Shown: positions 18,819 through 30,129, numbered from the stretch's first letter. The stretch is 64,000 nucleotides of DNA from an uncultured Veillonella sp. (GCA_902478055.1 CABSJL010000005.1:9896-73895); one strand, 5' to 3'. The notes: generated by a model not told the origin, from the letters alone. A program made the numbers and translations.

Positions 18819-20465
18819 ATGATGCAACGAAATTTAGATAAAGATGATATTCGCGATGCGTCTGACTTACTGACGCATATTGATGGTTGGGAAAAAACTG
18901 GCTCTTATGATGCGGATGCCATTGAGGCTCTCGATCGTTGGCATGCAAAACGGGAACGTATTCATCGTGAAGCGGAGGCCTTGTACACGCAAATCTATGC
19001 TGCATACGAAGCCTATGTAGATAGTTATGAAGAGCAACATCATAGCATGGAACCAGAACGTATAGCGGCGGACTTGATGAACCATAATATGTCTGATAGT
19101 CATATAGGGACCATAGGACGTGCCTTAGATGAGATACAAATTGAAGGTACTGATTTTGCGATAATGCAACAAGCCGTTATGACACCTGCCTTTGAGCAAC
19201 GATTATGGAATATTTTGCATGATGTAAATAGCTTACTCCTTGAAGAGGACCAATTCTTTGGTTATTTCTATTTACAAATGGCTCATCGTATTCGTTTTGA
19301 TATGACCAGTGCCTTTGGTATTAACTTAAAACAAGGTGGCTATGTATTATATGTAAATCCTTTTATCTTACTACGCCAGCCACCAGATGTTATGAAGGAT
19401 GGCATTAAGCGTGAAATTCTTCATATCATTTCTGCACATTTGATGCGCGTAAAAACATTGAGTCAAAGCTTTAATAAAACGGCCGTACATATGGCGATGG
19501 ATATGGTTGTAAATGACTACTTAGAACATGTTGATCGTGATGCGGTTACTGTAGCCAATGTAAATGAACGTTTTGGATTGATGCTCAAACGATTCCGCAC
19601 CATTGAGTATTATGCCAAGGCTATCGATAAGGCGATGAAGGAAAAGCCTGAACTCTTTGTGCCCGTAGATAATTCTGATACAGCTGTAGCTATGGAGTTT
19701 GACCCTCAAACTAGCCATGATATTTGGGATGAATCTGATTCCATTGATACGGATACGATGGACCAAATTACGGAGCGCTATATCAACGAAGCTTCAAAAG
19801 GTGATATGGAAGGATATGTGAAGAGTCTCATCGATACCTTCCAAAAGACACGTCGTGCTCTTCCGTGGTATTTCTACCTTAAAAAGCTCATGGGCAAGGT
19901 AGCAAGTGGTTACAAAAAAACGACGATGCGCCGCAATCGTCGTCAACCTGAGCGCTTGGAGTTGTCTGGTACCTTGCGTCAACATAAAGCTAATGTATGG
20001 GTTGCGCTCGATATGAGTGGTAGTATTACTGATGCAGAGTTTACGAACGCCTTAGAACAGGTACTGCAAATTGTACATGCCTATAACCATCGCATCACCG
20101 TTGTAGAATGTGATAATGAGGTGCGCCGTACGTATACGATGGAATCAGTAAAAGATGTAAAGCCTCGCCTTGATGTGCGCGGTGCAACAGCTTTCTCGCC
20201 AGTATTTTTTTTAGCCAATCAAAACCGTGTGGATTTATTGGTTTACTTCACGGATGGCAAAGGCGAGGAACGATTACGAGAGGCTCCGAAAGGGTATAAG
20301 GTTTTATGGGTTCTTACAGGAGAAAAGCCTCAACTATCTCTTCATAATCCGTATGGCATGGTTCGTGAACTAGGTTATGTGGGTGTAGATGAAACACAAG
20401 ATATAGATGAATTTGTACGTATGTCTAGTCGTAGTGGCTTTTCTATGGCTAACCAAGAGGTTTAG
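18819..20465 (+). CDS. DUF2201-type metallopeptidase-like plus vWA domain protein
   Basis: LYVNP, REILH (degenerate HEXXH), HDIW, MIDAS DMSGS...FTDG; GGAGG RBS before 18819. Confidence 0.8.
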   Translation: MMQRNLDKDDIRDASDLLTHIDGWEKTGSYDADAIEALDRWHAKRERIHREAEALYTQIYAAYEAYVDSYEEQHHSMEPERIAADLMNHNMSDSHIGTIGRALDEIQIEGTDFAIMQQAVMTPAFEQRLWNILHDVNSLLLEEDQFFGYFYLQMAHRIRFDMTSAFGINLKQGGYVLYVNPFILLRQPPDVMKDGIKREILHIISAHLMRVKTLSQSFNKTAVHMAMDMVVNDYLEHVDRDAVTVANVNERFGLMLKRFRTIEYYAKAIDKAMKEKPELFVPVDNSDTAVAMEFDPQTSHDIWDESDSIDTDTMDQITERYINEASKGDMEGYVKSLIDTFQKTRRALPWYFYLKKLMGKVASGYKKTTMRRNRRQPERLELSGTLRQHKANVWVALDMSGSITDAEFTNALEQVLQIVHAYNHRITVVECDNEVRRTYTMESVKDVKPRLDVRGATAFSPVFFLANQNRVDLLVYFTDGKGEERLREAPKGYKVLWVLTGEKPQLSLHNPYGMVRELGYVGVDETQDIDEFVRMSSRSGFSMANQEV

Positions 20466-20532
20466 GCTGCTTTATAAAGGTGAGCACTGATATATTTTGG
20501 TTTAACCTAGAGAAGCGTTTATAAAAGCATAT

Positions 20533-20566
20533 AAAAATGACGCAATTCCTTAGAATTGCGTCATTT
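20533..20566. terminator. Bidirectional terminator
   Basis: aaatgacgcaattc-ctta-gaattgcgtcattt between convergent genes. Confidence 0.85.
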
Positions 20567-20589
20567 CTACGTAGATGTTATTTTTTATT

Positions 20590-21267
20590 TTAGTTATTGA
20601 GCTCGATAGAGGAACCTGGATCGATAATGAGGGCTGTTTGATTATATTTGCCTTCAACTAAGCTTGTAAATACACCTGGTTCACGGTCGATAACAGGCCA
20701 TGTTTTGTAGTGAATTGGAATGGAGATACGCGCTTTTACATAAGAAGCAGCAAGAGCGGCATCTTCAACGCCCATCGTGAAGTTATCACCAATAGGAAGT
20801 AAAGCGTAGTCAATATCGCCAAAGCGATTCAATAATTTCATATCGCTAAAGAGTGCTGTATCACCTGCGAAGTATACAATATCTCCGTAGAAGTCTACGA
20901 TACAACCTGCTGCATGACCACCAGGGATACCTGCGCCGTGGAAGGCTGGTACTATGCGAACAGAACCGAATTCAAAGTCAAATTTACCGCCTAAATGCAT
21001 AGCGTGTGTACGACAACCAGCAGCTGCTGCTTTACCTGCTACCTCTGCAGTAGAGATAACGAGCGCATCATTTGTTTTAGCAATGAAATCTGTATCGCCA
21101 TAGTGGTCATCGTGACCATGGCTGACAAAGATATATTGGCATTTGATATCTTCTTTTTTTGCGATATCCCATGTATTACCTGTTAAGAATGGGTCGAAAA
21201 TCATGGACACATCACCGCGAGTGAGCATAAAGCAAGCATGACCGAAATAAGTTAGTTTTGTTTTCAT
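20590..21267 (-). CDS. UPF0173 metal-dependent hydrolase (metallo-beta-lactamase fold)
   Basis: LTYFGHA, SHGHDDH, YFAGDT, LPIGDNFTMG, PIHY. Confidence 0.88.
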   Translation of the reverse strand: MKTKLTYFGHACFMLTRGDVSMIFDPFLTGNTWDIAKKEDIKCQYIFVSHGHDDHYGDTDFIAKTNDALVISTAEVAGKAAAAGCRTHAMHLGGKFDFEFGSVRIVPAFHGAGIPGGHAAGCIVDFYGDIVYFAGDTALFSDMKLLNRFGDIDYALLPIGDNFTMGVEDAALAASYVKARISIPIHYKTWPVIDREPGVFTSLVEGKYNQTALIIDPGSSIELNN

Positions 21268-21375
21268 AGGAACACTTCCTTCCTTATACATATAAATCTT
21301 AATTCTATTGTATAATATAACTAATGAAAATAAAACTATTGATGATAATTTATGCATAATTAGTAAGGATATAGT

Positions 21376-21888
21376 ATGGATTTAACACATTTTGATCAAG
21401 ATGGTAATGCTTGGATGGTGGACGTATCCGATAAGGATATCACATCCCGCACAGCTATCGCAGAAGGATTCATAGCAATCAATGATGCAATTTATGAGCG
21501 CATTGCAGCAGGTACTATAAAAAAGGGCGATGTCCTTAGTGTTGCGCAACTAGCTGCTATTATGGGAGCTAAGCAAACGAGCAATCTCATTCCTCTTTGT
21601 CATCCATTAGCGCTCACAAAGGTTGAGGTTCACTGCTCTTTAGTAGATGGTGAAAGCCCTGCTTGCACTGATGAAAATCATAACAAGGCCGTCAAGGTAC
21701 GTGCCATCGTTAAGACTACTGGAAAAACGGGCGTTGAAATGGAGGCTCTTACAGCTGTACAAGTGGGATTGCTCACCGTATACGATATGTGTAAGGCCAT
21801 TGATAAAGGCATGATTATGGGCCCTACATACCTCGTAGAAAAAGAAGGCGGGAAAAGTGGACATTTTGTGCGTTCCTTTGTAGAATAA
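21376..21888 (+). CDS. moaC: Cyclic pyranopterin monophosphate synthase
   Basis: [36 protein letters not shown]. Confidence 0.95.
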   Translation: MDLTHFDQDGNAWMVDVSDKDITSRTAIAEGFIAINDAIYERIAAGTIKKGDVLSVAQLAAIMGAKQTSNLIPLCHPLALTKVEVHCSLVDGESPACTDENHNKAVKVRAIVKTTGKTGVEMEALTAVQVGLLTVYDMCKAIDKGMIMGPTYLVEKEGGKSGHFVRSFVE

Positions 21889-21916
21889 TATAGATATAAA
21901 GAATAGGGGAACGAAA

Positions 21917-22402
21917 ATGGAAATAGTACTTTATGAGCCAGAAATCCCTGGCAATACAGGAAATATAGCGCGTTTATGCGCAGCTAATCATATGACCCTA
22001 CATCTTATCAAACCACTTGGTTTTTCTATCGACGATAAGCACGTGAAACGAGCTGGTCTCGATTATTGGCATTTGGTAGATGTACAGGTACATGAAAATA
22101 TTCAAGAGTTGTATGCGAAATATCCTGATCGCAGATATTTCTACGCTACTACAAAAGCAAAGCATACCCACTCTGAGGTAAAGTATGAAATCGGGGATAT
22201 GCTCGTATTTGGCCCTGAATCAAGAGGCTTGCCTGAAAGTTTATTAGAAGGTGTTGAAGAATCATGTATTCGCATACCAATGGTAGATGAGGCGCGTTCT
22301 TTAAACTTATCTAATGCAGTAGCCATTATTGCGTATGAAGCTATGCGCCAACTTGATTATCCAGATCTTAAAGCCGAAGGCAACTGGATTCAACCTAAAT
22401 AA
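21917..22402 (+). CDS. trmL: tRNA (cytidine34-2'-O)-methyltransferase
   Basis: PEIPGNTGNIAR, RAGLDYW, FGPESRGLP, RSLNLSN. Confidence 0.93.
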   Translation: MEIVLYEPEIPGNTGNIARLCAANHMTLHLIKPLGFSIDDKHVKRAGLDYWHLVDVQVHENIQELYAKYPDRRYFYATTKAKHTHSEVKYEIGDMLVFGPESRGLPESLLEGVEESCIRIPMVDEARSLNLSNAVAIIAYEAMRQLDYPDLKAEGNWIQPK

Positions 22403-22506
22403 ATATACTTTCACCATTGAGATATATACAATAAATATGTGTTAGAAATCCTACCCAATCTACATGAGAGGTAGTATTTTGACAGGTGTTGTTAGAGGAG
22501 GATATT

Positions 22507-22875
22507 ATGAACTACGATAAAGCTCATGATTTAGCTCACGCTATGCGTGAATCCGAAGAGTACAAAGAGTTAATGGCAGCTCAAGAGACTTTGAAAGCTG
22601 ATGCAGTAGCAGCGGCGTTGGTACGCACATTTATGGCACAACAAATGCAATGGGAATACGCAAAGTTGTCTGGTGCACCAGAAGCTGATGAATTGCAAAA
22701 GAAACAAGAGGAATTGATGCCTCAAATTCAAGAAAATGCTGCAGCGGCTGCTTATTTACAAGCACAAATGCGTTGGAGCCAAATCTCTAATGATATTTAT
22801 AAAATCATTAGCGAACCAATCACTGAGGGGATGAAAGTGTTAGATCATGGCGAACAACAACAACCAAAACATTAA
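22507..22875 (+). CDS. YlbF/YheA-family regulator
   Basis: YDKAHDLAHAMRESEEY N-terminus; GAGGAGG RBS. Confidence 0.8.
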   Translation: MNYDKAHDLAHAMRESEEYKELMAAQETLKADAVAAALVRTFMAQQMQWEYAKLSGAPEADELQKKQEELMPQIQENAAAAAYLQAQMRWSQISNDIYKIISEPITEGMKVLDHGEQQQPKH

Positions 22876-23779
22876 GGACTTAAAAGAAGCCTTATTAGAG
22901 AAATTACCTAGTACACGTGTACGAGAACAGGAACTGCTTTGTCATCATACGACATTTAAAATTGGTGGTCCTGCTGATTTATTTATTGAACCTACGACGA
23001 TGGATGAGTTGAGCTTTACGCTACGCAATATTCACGAATTACAAGTGCCTGTAACTATTATTGGTTGCGGCTCCAATATTTTGGTGAAAGATGGTGGTAT
23101 TCGCGGTGCTGTCGTATCGGTTCGACATATGACACAAATCATGGATTGCAATGATAATGTATTATGCATTGGTTCTGGTTATATGTTAAAAGATGCTTCT
23201 GAATTTGCTTGGGAAAACGGACTATCTGGCCTTGAATTTGCCATTGGTATTCCAGGTACACTTGGTGGTGCTGTATTTATGAATGCAGGTGCTTATGACG
23301 GGGAAATGAGCCATGTGGTCACTTCAGTACTAGCTGTAGACTTCGAGGGTAATATTAAGGAGTACGATGCATCTCACTTAGATTTTGGATATCGTCATAG
23401 CGTATTCCACGATAATCATGAGGTTATTGGGGAGGTTATTATGACGTTACAACCTGGTGATAAGGATGCTATTAAGGCTCGCATGGATGAGCTCACAGAA
23501 AAGCGTGAATCTAAACAACCTTTAGAGTATGCTAGCGCGGGTTCAACCTTTAAGCGCCCACCAGGATATTTTGCAGGTACTTTGATTGAACAAACAGGTC
23601 TTAAAGGATTATCTGTTGGTGATGCACAAGTATCTCATAAGCATGCTGGCTTTGTTATCAACACTGGTAATGCTAAAGCTAAAGATGTACTTGATCTTAT
23701 CAAAGAGGTACAAAAACGCGTATATGATCAACATGGTGTACATCTGGAGCCAGAAGTACGTATGATTGGTGAAGACTAA
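22847..23779 (+). CDS. murB: UDP-N-acetylmuramate dehydrogenase
   Basis: HTTFKIGGPA, GSNIL, GIPGTLGGAVFMNAGAY, SAGSTFKRP, LEPEVR. Confidence 0.95.
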   Translation: MANNNNQNIKDLKEALLEKLPSTRVREQELLCHHTTFKIGGPADLFIEPTTMDELSFTLRNIHELQVPVTIIGCGSNILVKDGGIRGAVVSVRHMTQIMDCNDNVLCIGSGYMLKDASEFAWENGLSGLEFAIGIPGTLGGAVFMNAGAYDGEMSHVVTSVLAVDFEGNIKEYDASHLDFGYRHSVFHDNHEVIGEVIMTLQPGDKDAIKARMDELTEKRESKQPLEYASAGSTFKRPPGYFAGTLIEQTGLKGLSVGDAQVSHKHAGFVINTGNAKAKDVLDLIKEVQKRVYDQHGVHLEPEVRMIGED

Positions 23780-23799
23780 TACAAACTAAATATTAATAC

Positions 23800-23863
23800 A
23801 AGATTTCTTATGTGACGTTCCTCTTATCTTATTTGAGGCAAGGTAGCATAAGAAATCTTTTTT
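23800..23863 (+). terminator. Long hairpin terminator
   Basis: aagatttcttatg...cataagaaatctt plus T tract. Confidence 0.7.
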
Positions 23864-24081
23864 AATACCATATGCTTATGTAGCTAATTTAGCCTTAAGA
23901 TGACTCAAAAGTATAATCAAATGTAGAAATTGCCATGATTAGAAATTCTGTACTTCTTTGACTTTTTTCTATAGACTACGTTATAATTAAGTGTTGCCAA
24001 TTTTGGGAATATACCTATATAGCGACTTTCACAAGCGTTATATGATATAGAATATACTGAAAGAATTAAAGGGAGGATCTT

Positions 24082-25893
24082 ATGATTCGCGAAAATCTTC
24101 GTAATGTAGCGATTATCGCCCACGTTGACCATGGTAAAACTACTTTGGTGGACGCATTATTAAAACAAAGCCATGTGTTCCGTGAAAATGAAAAGGTAGC
24201 AGAACGCGTAATGGACTCCAACGACTTGGAACGTGAACGCGGTATTACTATTTTGTCTAAAAACACTGCTGTTATGCATGATGGCATTAAAATCAACATC
24301 GTTGATACTCCAGGCCATGCTGACTTCGGCGGCGAAGTAGAACGTGTACTTAACATGGTTGACGGCGTATTGCTTCTCGTAGATGCTTACGAAGGTCCAA
24401 TGCCTCAAACTAAATACGTTTTGCGTAAAGCATTAGAACAAAAATTGAAACCAATCGTTGTTATCAACAAAATTGACCGTCCTGACCAACGTGTTAAAGA
24501 GGTTGAAGATGAAGTTCTTGAATTGTTCATGGAACTTGAAGCTGATGATGACCAACTAGATTTCCCTGTAGTATACGCATCTGCTCGTGCTGGTGTGGCT
24601 AAAACTAACTGGGATGACGAAGCTGTAAATATGGAACCATTGTTTGAAACATTGATCGAAGAAATTCCTGCACCACAAGGTGATTTGGAAGGTCCTCTTC
24701 AATTCATGGTTACTACACTTGATTACGATAACTTCATCGGTAAAATCGCAGTAGGCCGTATCGTTCGCGGTAAAATGAAACCTAACCAACAAGTAGCTAT
24801 CATGACTGGTGAAAGCACTCGTAAAGCGAAAATCGGTCGCGTATATACATACAATGGCTTGAACCGTGTTGAAACTGACGAAGCTGAAATGGGTGATATC
24901 ATTGCGTTCGCTGGTATCGACGATATCAATATCGGCGAAACAGTAGCAGATGCTGAAAATCCTGAAGCATTGCCATCCATCTCCATCGACGAACCAACAT
25001 TGTCCATGGTATTCTCTGTAAACAACTCTCCATTCGCAGGCCGCGAAGGTGAATTCGTTACATCCCGTCACTTGCGCGATCGTTTGTTCCGCGAAGTTGA
25101 AACTAACGTTTCTATGAAAGTTGAAGAAACTGATTCTGCAGATGCTTTCAAAGTATCTGGTCGTGGCGAATTGCACTTGGCTGTATTGATCGAAACTATG
25201 CGTCGTGAAGGCTATGAATTACAAGTAGGTAAACCTCGCGTAATTTTCAAAACTATTAACGACAAATTGTGCGAACCATTAGAAGCATTGACTATCGACG
25301 TACCTCAAGAATTCATGGGTACTGTAATGGAAAATCTTGGTCAACGTAAAGCTGAATTGACTAACATGGTTGAGTTAGCTGGTTACCTTCGCATGGAATT
25401 CGTAATTCCTGCACGTGGTTTGATCGGTTTCCGTGCACAATTCTTAACAGCTACAAAAGGTAATGGTATCATGAACCATGTATTCCATGGTTATGCACCA
25501 TACAAAGGCGAAATTCCTTCCCGTACACGCGGTGCCTTGGTAGCATTTGAAAATGGCGAAACTACTCCATATGGCTTGAACTCTGTTCAAGATCGCGGTA
25601 CATTGTTCGTTGGTCCTAACCAAGACGTGTACGCAGGCCAAGTTATTGGTGAAAATACTCGTGAACTTGATATGGATGTTAACCCATGTAAGAAAAAACA
25701 CGTTACTAACATGCGTTCCAGCTCCTCTGATGAAGCAGTTCGCTTGACTCCACCTCGTATCTTCTCCTTGGAACAAGCTCTTGAGTGGATCAACGATGAC
25801 GAACTTGTTGAAGTAACACCTGAAAGCATTCGTATGCGTAAAACAATCCTTGATCGTAACGCACGTGCGAAAGCTGCTAAAAACAAAAAATAA
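24082..25893 (+). CDS. typA: Translational GTPase TypA/BipA
   Basis: [45 protein letters not shown]. Confidence 0.97.
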   Translation: MIRENLRNVAIIAHVDHGKTTLVDALLKQSHVFRENEKVAERVMDSNDLERERGITILSKNTAVMHDGIKINIVDTPGHADFGGEVERVLNMVDGVLLLVDAYEGPMPQTKYVLRKALEQKLKPIVVINKIDRPDQRVKEVEDEVLELFMELEADDDQLDFPVVYASARAGVAKTNWDDEAVNMEPLFETLIEEIPAPQGDLEGPLQFMVTTLDYDNFIGKIAVGRIVRGKMKPNQQVAIMTGESTRKAKIGRVYTYNGLNRVETDEAEMGDIIAFAGIDDINIGETVADAENPEALPSISIDEPTLSMVFSVNNSPFAGREGEFVTSRHLRDRLFREVETNVSMKVEETDSADAFKVSGRGELHLAVLIETMRREGYELQVGKPRVIFKTINDKLCEPLEALTIDVPQEFMGTVMENLGQRKAELTNMVELAGYLRMEFVIPARGLIGFRAQFLTATKGNGIMNHVFHGYAPYKGEIPSRTRGALVAFENGETTPYGLNSVQDRGTLFVGPNQDVYAGQVIGENTRELDMDVNPCKKKHVTNMRSSSSDEAVRLTPPRIFSLEQALEWINDDELVEVTPESIRMRKTILDRNARAKAAKNKK

Positions 25894-25907
25894 TATCCTT
25901 AGTGATA

Positions 25908-25940
25908 TAAAACGACGCTCCTATGGGGGCGTCGTTTTTA
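25908..25940 (+). terminator. Rho-independent terminator
   Basis: aaaacgacgctcc...ggggcgtcgtttt. Confidence 0.85.
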
Positions 25941-26154
25941 TTACATATAACAAAGGGGATATTCCTATTTATTATATTCATATGAAAAATAGATGATAAT
26001 TTTATCATTTATGATTAATTGCTATATAGAACCTTGTATATACTTACTTTGCATAAAGTCTTGCTGATACGGGTATCGGTATATACGGAATATCCATGAC
26101 GATGTATAATAATAGCAAGTTTGTTGAAACTAGTTATTGATTATGGAGGTTCTT

Positions 26155-26877
26155 ATGAATAAGAAAATTCTAGCTTCTTTATTTGCTGTAGGTTTAGTTG
26201 CAGGTAGTGTATGCTCTTCTGTTGATGCACATGGTGTGTTCTTCGCTAACCGTACAGATGAAAAAGTACTTGTATTAGGTGAGGGTCCTGTAGATAATGC
26301 TTATAGTGCAGATATGGTAAAAAATATTACTGGATATGATGTACAAGGCAAACAAATTCCTGTACAAGTTGTGAAGCATGAAAAAAATGTAGCTATTATT
26401 CCACCAGCAGACCTTGGTGTAACTGTAACTAATTTTGATTATGGCTACTGGACTAAGACTAAAGATGGTAAAACAATTCATAAACCAATCACCGAAGTTC
26501 CTGGTGCGGTTAAGAGTACACATGCTATCAAATATGATGTTCATTACTGGAATGCACAAGCAAAACCATTTGTAGATAAGAATGCATTTATTCAAATTGT
26601 ACCTTCTGTTAATCCATTGACATTAAGAAAAGGTGATACATATGAAATCCAAGTGTTTAAAGATGGTAAACCATATGCGAATGCACCTCTTATCAAAGAT
26701 TTAGTAAATGATTTAACTGGTGAAGCTAAAGCAGATGAAAATGGTAAAGCTACTGTAGCTGTTACAGCAGATGGCTTAAATGTAGTAGGTGTTGAAGTTG
26801 CATTCCCTACACAAAATAAAGGGGAACAAAATAAATACTTTAGTGCATTGTCCTTCCTTATTTCTCCTGAAGAATAA
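26155..26877 (+). CDS. DUF4198 periplasmic protein (putative metal uptake)
   Basis: Signal peptide ending VDA-H; IVPSVNP...QVFKDGKPYAN...ADENGKA pattern. Confidence 0.75.
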   Translation: MNKKILASLFAVGLVAGSVCSSVDAHGVFFANRTDEKVLVLGEGPVDNAYSADMVKNITGYDVQGKQIPVQVVKHEKNVAIIPPADLGVTVTNFDYGYWTKTKDGKTIHKPITEVPGAVKSTHAIKYDVHYWNAQAKPFVDKNAFIQIVPSVNPLTLRKGDTYEIQVFKDGKPYANAPLIKDLVNDLTGEAKADENGKATVAVTADGLNVVGVEVAFPTQNKGEQNKYFSALSFLISPEE

Positions 26878-26919
26878 TAATTAGTAATTTTAGTACTTAC
26901 CGAGTGTGTGAGTTAATAG

Positions 26920-26953
26920 AAGACCTCCTTAGTTGGACTAAGGGGGTCTTTTT
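26920..26953 (+). terminator. Rho-independent terminator
   Basis: agacctccttagt...actaagggggtct plus T tract. Confidence 0.8.
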
Positions 26954-27027
26954 GTGCTTTTTAGGTGTTATAAATTTTATGTGATTTAGTGAGAACATTA
27001 TAAGCATGATATAAGAAGGAGAGAATT

Positions 27028-29274
27028 ATGAAGATTAGACGTCATGTATCAGCCGTGATGACTGCACTAGTATTAACAGGTATATCTTATTCTGCAATGG
27101 CTACAGAAATTAATGTTTCTAGCGATAAAGCAGAGGAGTTACTGGGTTTAACAATGGGCTCACCAGTACAAACGCAACCTGAGGTTAAACACATAGAGGA
27201 TACATTAACAGTTAATGTACATGGTAAAAGTTTAACAGAGGCTGGTAAAAGTAAGAATGTTACAGGTATTTATAATGGATTTGGTTCACAACTAACGGTA
27301 GATAAAGACCTTATTGTACGATTAAAGAATGATGCACCAGCATCGAAGCGAGAATTAGGTCATTATTATATGAGTGCTGTTTATGCTGGTTACGGTGGGA
27401 AGGTGCCACGTCTTAGCAAGGATAATCCGGACCGAGATTTTGGGGATACCAATATTCACGTTAAAGGTAATGTAGATATCGATGCTATCGGCTCTGGTTT
27501 ACAAGTCAATCAACGAGGTCATATTATTGTTGATGGAGGCGGTAAGATTATCACTCATCCTGTAGAAACATCTGATACCTATTCTGTAGTAGCAGAAGAA
27601 GGGGATGTATATGTTAATGCAGGCGCTGATGGCAAACATCCAGGCACTCATGACTTAGTTGCTGTTGGTAATGTAGGCCTTATCAACAAGGATTATGGCC
27701 GCGATCCAAATCACAATGTAGAACCAACTAATATAGCACTAGCTTTCACAACACCTAACTCTAGCCTTACCGGTGCTGTTTTGAATGAATATGCTGAAAG
27801 CAATAAAAACTCTCATAATTCTGGTGCAGATATTTACCTACAAAACGGAGCTACTTGGAATAATGAATGGATTGGCATGGAGCGTCCTACACCTAAAAAA
27901 GAACGTCCATCAGGGGATAATGCAGCATACCTATACAAGGGGAGTAAGGTTCGCAATCTTGTAGGTGGTGTTAACCCAACTGCAGCAGGTAACATTCATC
28001 CTATCGATGCGCGGCCTATAACAATTCAGAACTATAGCGGTTATGTGAATGCTATTTATAAATCTGGCGTACCAGCAAGCGAAGCTGAAAAAGGCCAAAT
28101 CGTCGTTGAACATGCGGCGGATAATAGCCATATTACAATGTTAGGCGACCATTCCGGTAATACCATCGACGATGCAAGCTACAAAAAGGATATTCAAGCA
28201 TTAGCTAAGAAATTACAATACACAGGCAATGATAAGAAACTTAGCACAACAGTTCAAATTAATGAAGGCGTTACTACACCTGGTGCTGTTGCAGACCTAG
28301 GGGCAGATCATTTTGATTCTCAAGGTCATCTCGTTGTAGATGATACAACAAAAGTTGTTCGTGCTAGTGAATCGTCGCTCGTAGGTGGCACAAAATCTGC
28401 CCTTACTTCAACAGTTATGGCGTGGAAAAATAATACTAATGATTTACAACGTCGTTTAGGTGATCTTCGTCTAGCTAATACAGATAAAGGAGTATGGGCT
28501 AAATATATAGGTGGTAAATCTAAGATTACAGATGGTGCTGATGCACATATGACGTACAATGGCGTACAAATCGGATATGATCATAAAGCCTCCAATGGCT
28601 GGATTTTCGGCGGTGCCCTAGATTACAGTACATCTAGTAACTCTTATGCCAACGGCAGTGGCGACGGTAAGCTTGGCGGTATAGCCTTATATGGTACAAA
28701 GCAACATGATGATGGTCGGTATATAGATATCATCGCTCGTGGTAATAGATTATCCAACGACTATAGTCTTAACTCAATTACTGGTCAACGTTTGAATGGT
28801 AACTACCATACATTTGGTACATCCTTGAGTGCTGAATATGGCAAACGCATCAAAAAACAAAATGGTTTCTATATCGACCCTAGTGTAGAATTTATTCTAG
28901 GTCGTTTAAATGGTGTATCCTATGATGCAACTATTGCAGGCGTCGGATCCATGCATGTGAAATCTGATGCGGTCAACTCTGCCGTAGGTAGACTTGGCAT
29001 TGGTATTGGTAAAGAAACAGAAAAATCTAATATCTTTGCAAAACTAGCACTAGCTCATGAATTCTCTGGTAAGGTAAATACTACATATTCTGCACCAGGT
29101 AATCCAACAGTACAAACAACTGTAGATTTAAAGGATACATGGCTTGATGCGGAAATCGGCGGTTCTTGGAGTGTTCGTCCTAGCACATATCTATATGGTA
29201 CATTCACTAAAAACTTTGGTGCTACCATAGATAATACATGGCGTATCGATGCAGGCGTTAGACATAACTTTTAA
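27028..29274 (+). CDS. Autotransporter (type Va) outer membrane protein
   Basis: Signal peptide; WKNNTNDLQRRLGDLR linker helix; beta-barrel ending WRIDAGVRHNF. Confidence 0.88.
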   Translation: MKIRRHVSAVMTALVLTGISYSAMATEINVSSDKAEELLGLTMGSPVQTQPEVKHIEDTLTVNVHGKSLTEAGKSKNVTGIYNGFGSQLTVDKDLIVRLKNDAPASKRELGHYYMSAVYAGYGGKVPRLSKDNPDRDFGDTNIHVKGNVDIDAIGSGLQVNQRGHIIVDGGGKIITHPVETSDTYSVVAEEGDVYVNAGADGKHPGTHDLVAVGNVGLINKDYGRDPNHNVEPTNIALAFTTPNSSLTGAVLNEYAESNKNSHNSGADIYLQNGATWNNEWIGMERPTPKKERPSGDNAAYLYKGSKVRNLVGGVNPTAAGNIHPIDARPITIQNYSGYVNAIYKSGVPASEAEKGQIVVEHAADNSHITMLGDHSGNTIDDASYKKDIQALAKKLQYTGNDKKLSTTVQINEGVTTPGAVADLGADHFDSQGHLVVDDTTKVVRASESSLVGGTKSALTSTVMAWKNNTNDLQRRLGDLRLANTDKGVWAKYIGGKSKITDGADAHMTYNGVQIGYDHKASNGWIFGGALDYSTSSNSYANGSGDGKLGGIALYGTKQHDDGRYIDIIARGNRLSNDYSLNSITGQRLNGNYHTFGTSLSAEYGKRIKKQNGFYIDPSVEFILGRLNGVSYDATIAGVGSMHVKSDAVNSAVGRLGIGIGKETEKSNIFAKLALAHEFSGKVNTTYSAPGNPTVQTTVDLKDTWLDAEIGGSWSVRPSTYLYGTFTKNFGATIDNTWRIDAGVRHNF

Positions 29275-29284
29275 TTAAATAGAT

Positions 29285-29330
29285 AAAAACTCTGTAGTTG
29301 CTTGTGGGTAAGGTGCTACAGAGTTTTTTA
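29285..29330 (+). terminator. Rho-independent terminator
   Basis: aaaaactctgtag...ctacagagttttt. Confidence 0.8.
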
Positions 29331-29487
29331 TATAAAAGTGTCTATGTGAATTATTCTTTATCGGCAAATAGGCAAATATTAACTGGCTTGCTGTGATGGA
29401 CAGACTTTAACAATTTTGTATTTCTGTGATAGTATATAAAGGCTAGTTAATATGTAACTTCTTAAGTAAGAGTTAGGAGGATATAAT

Positions 29488-30129
29488 ATGAAAGTTCTAA
29501 TCGTAAATGGTAGTAGCCATATAAACGGTACAACAATGCAAGCTATAAAAGAGGTACAAAAGGTATTCAGTGATGCCAATGTAGATACAGAGGTCATTCA
29601 GCTGGGCAATAAACCTATTCGTGATTGTATTCAATGCGGTTATTGTTTTGAACATGGAGAATGTGTATTCAAGGATGATGATGTAAATGCCTTTGTAGAA
29701 AAAGCGAAGGATGCAGATGGCTTTATCTTTGCAACACCTGTATATTATGCACATCCGAGTGGACGTATTTTATCCTTTTTAGATCGCGTATTCTTTAGTG
29801 CAGAAAGTGTAACGCCAAATCCATTTGCCTTTAAACCAGGTGCATCTATCGCCGTAGCTCGTCGCGGCGGTACAACGGCGTCCTTTGATGTACTCAATAA
29901 ATACTTTGGTATTTCTCAAATGCCAATTGCAGGCTCTACATATTGGAATATTAGCCATGGTCTAGTAGCCGACGATGCTAAGCAAGATGAAGAAGGTATG
30001 CAAACCATGCGCAACTTGGCGAGAAATATGGTTTGGATGATGCGTAGCTTTGCTGTAGCTAAGGAGCAAGGTGTGCCATATCCAGATACAGATAAAGAGA
30101 AAAAAGTATCTACGAACTTTGTACGTTAA
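29488..30129 (+). CDS. Iron-sulfur flavoprotein / NADPH-dependent FMN reductase family
   Basis: NGSS, CIQCGYC-X5-C, TPVYYA, RRGG. Confidence 0.85.
   Translation: MKVLIVNGSSHINGTTMQAIKEVQKVFSDANVDTEVIQLGNKPIRDCIQCGYCFEHGECVFKDDDVNAFVEKAKDADGFIFATPVYYAHPSGRILSFLDRVFFSAESVTPNPFAFKPGASIAVARRGGTTASFDVLNKYFGISQMPIAGSTYWNISHGLVADDAKQDEEGMQTMRNLARNMVWMMRSFAVAKEQGVPYPDTDKEKKVSTNFVR

Noticed and set aside
24066..25886. Several long antisense ORFs over typA
   Set aside because: Expected from strong codon bias of a highly expressed gene
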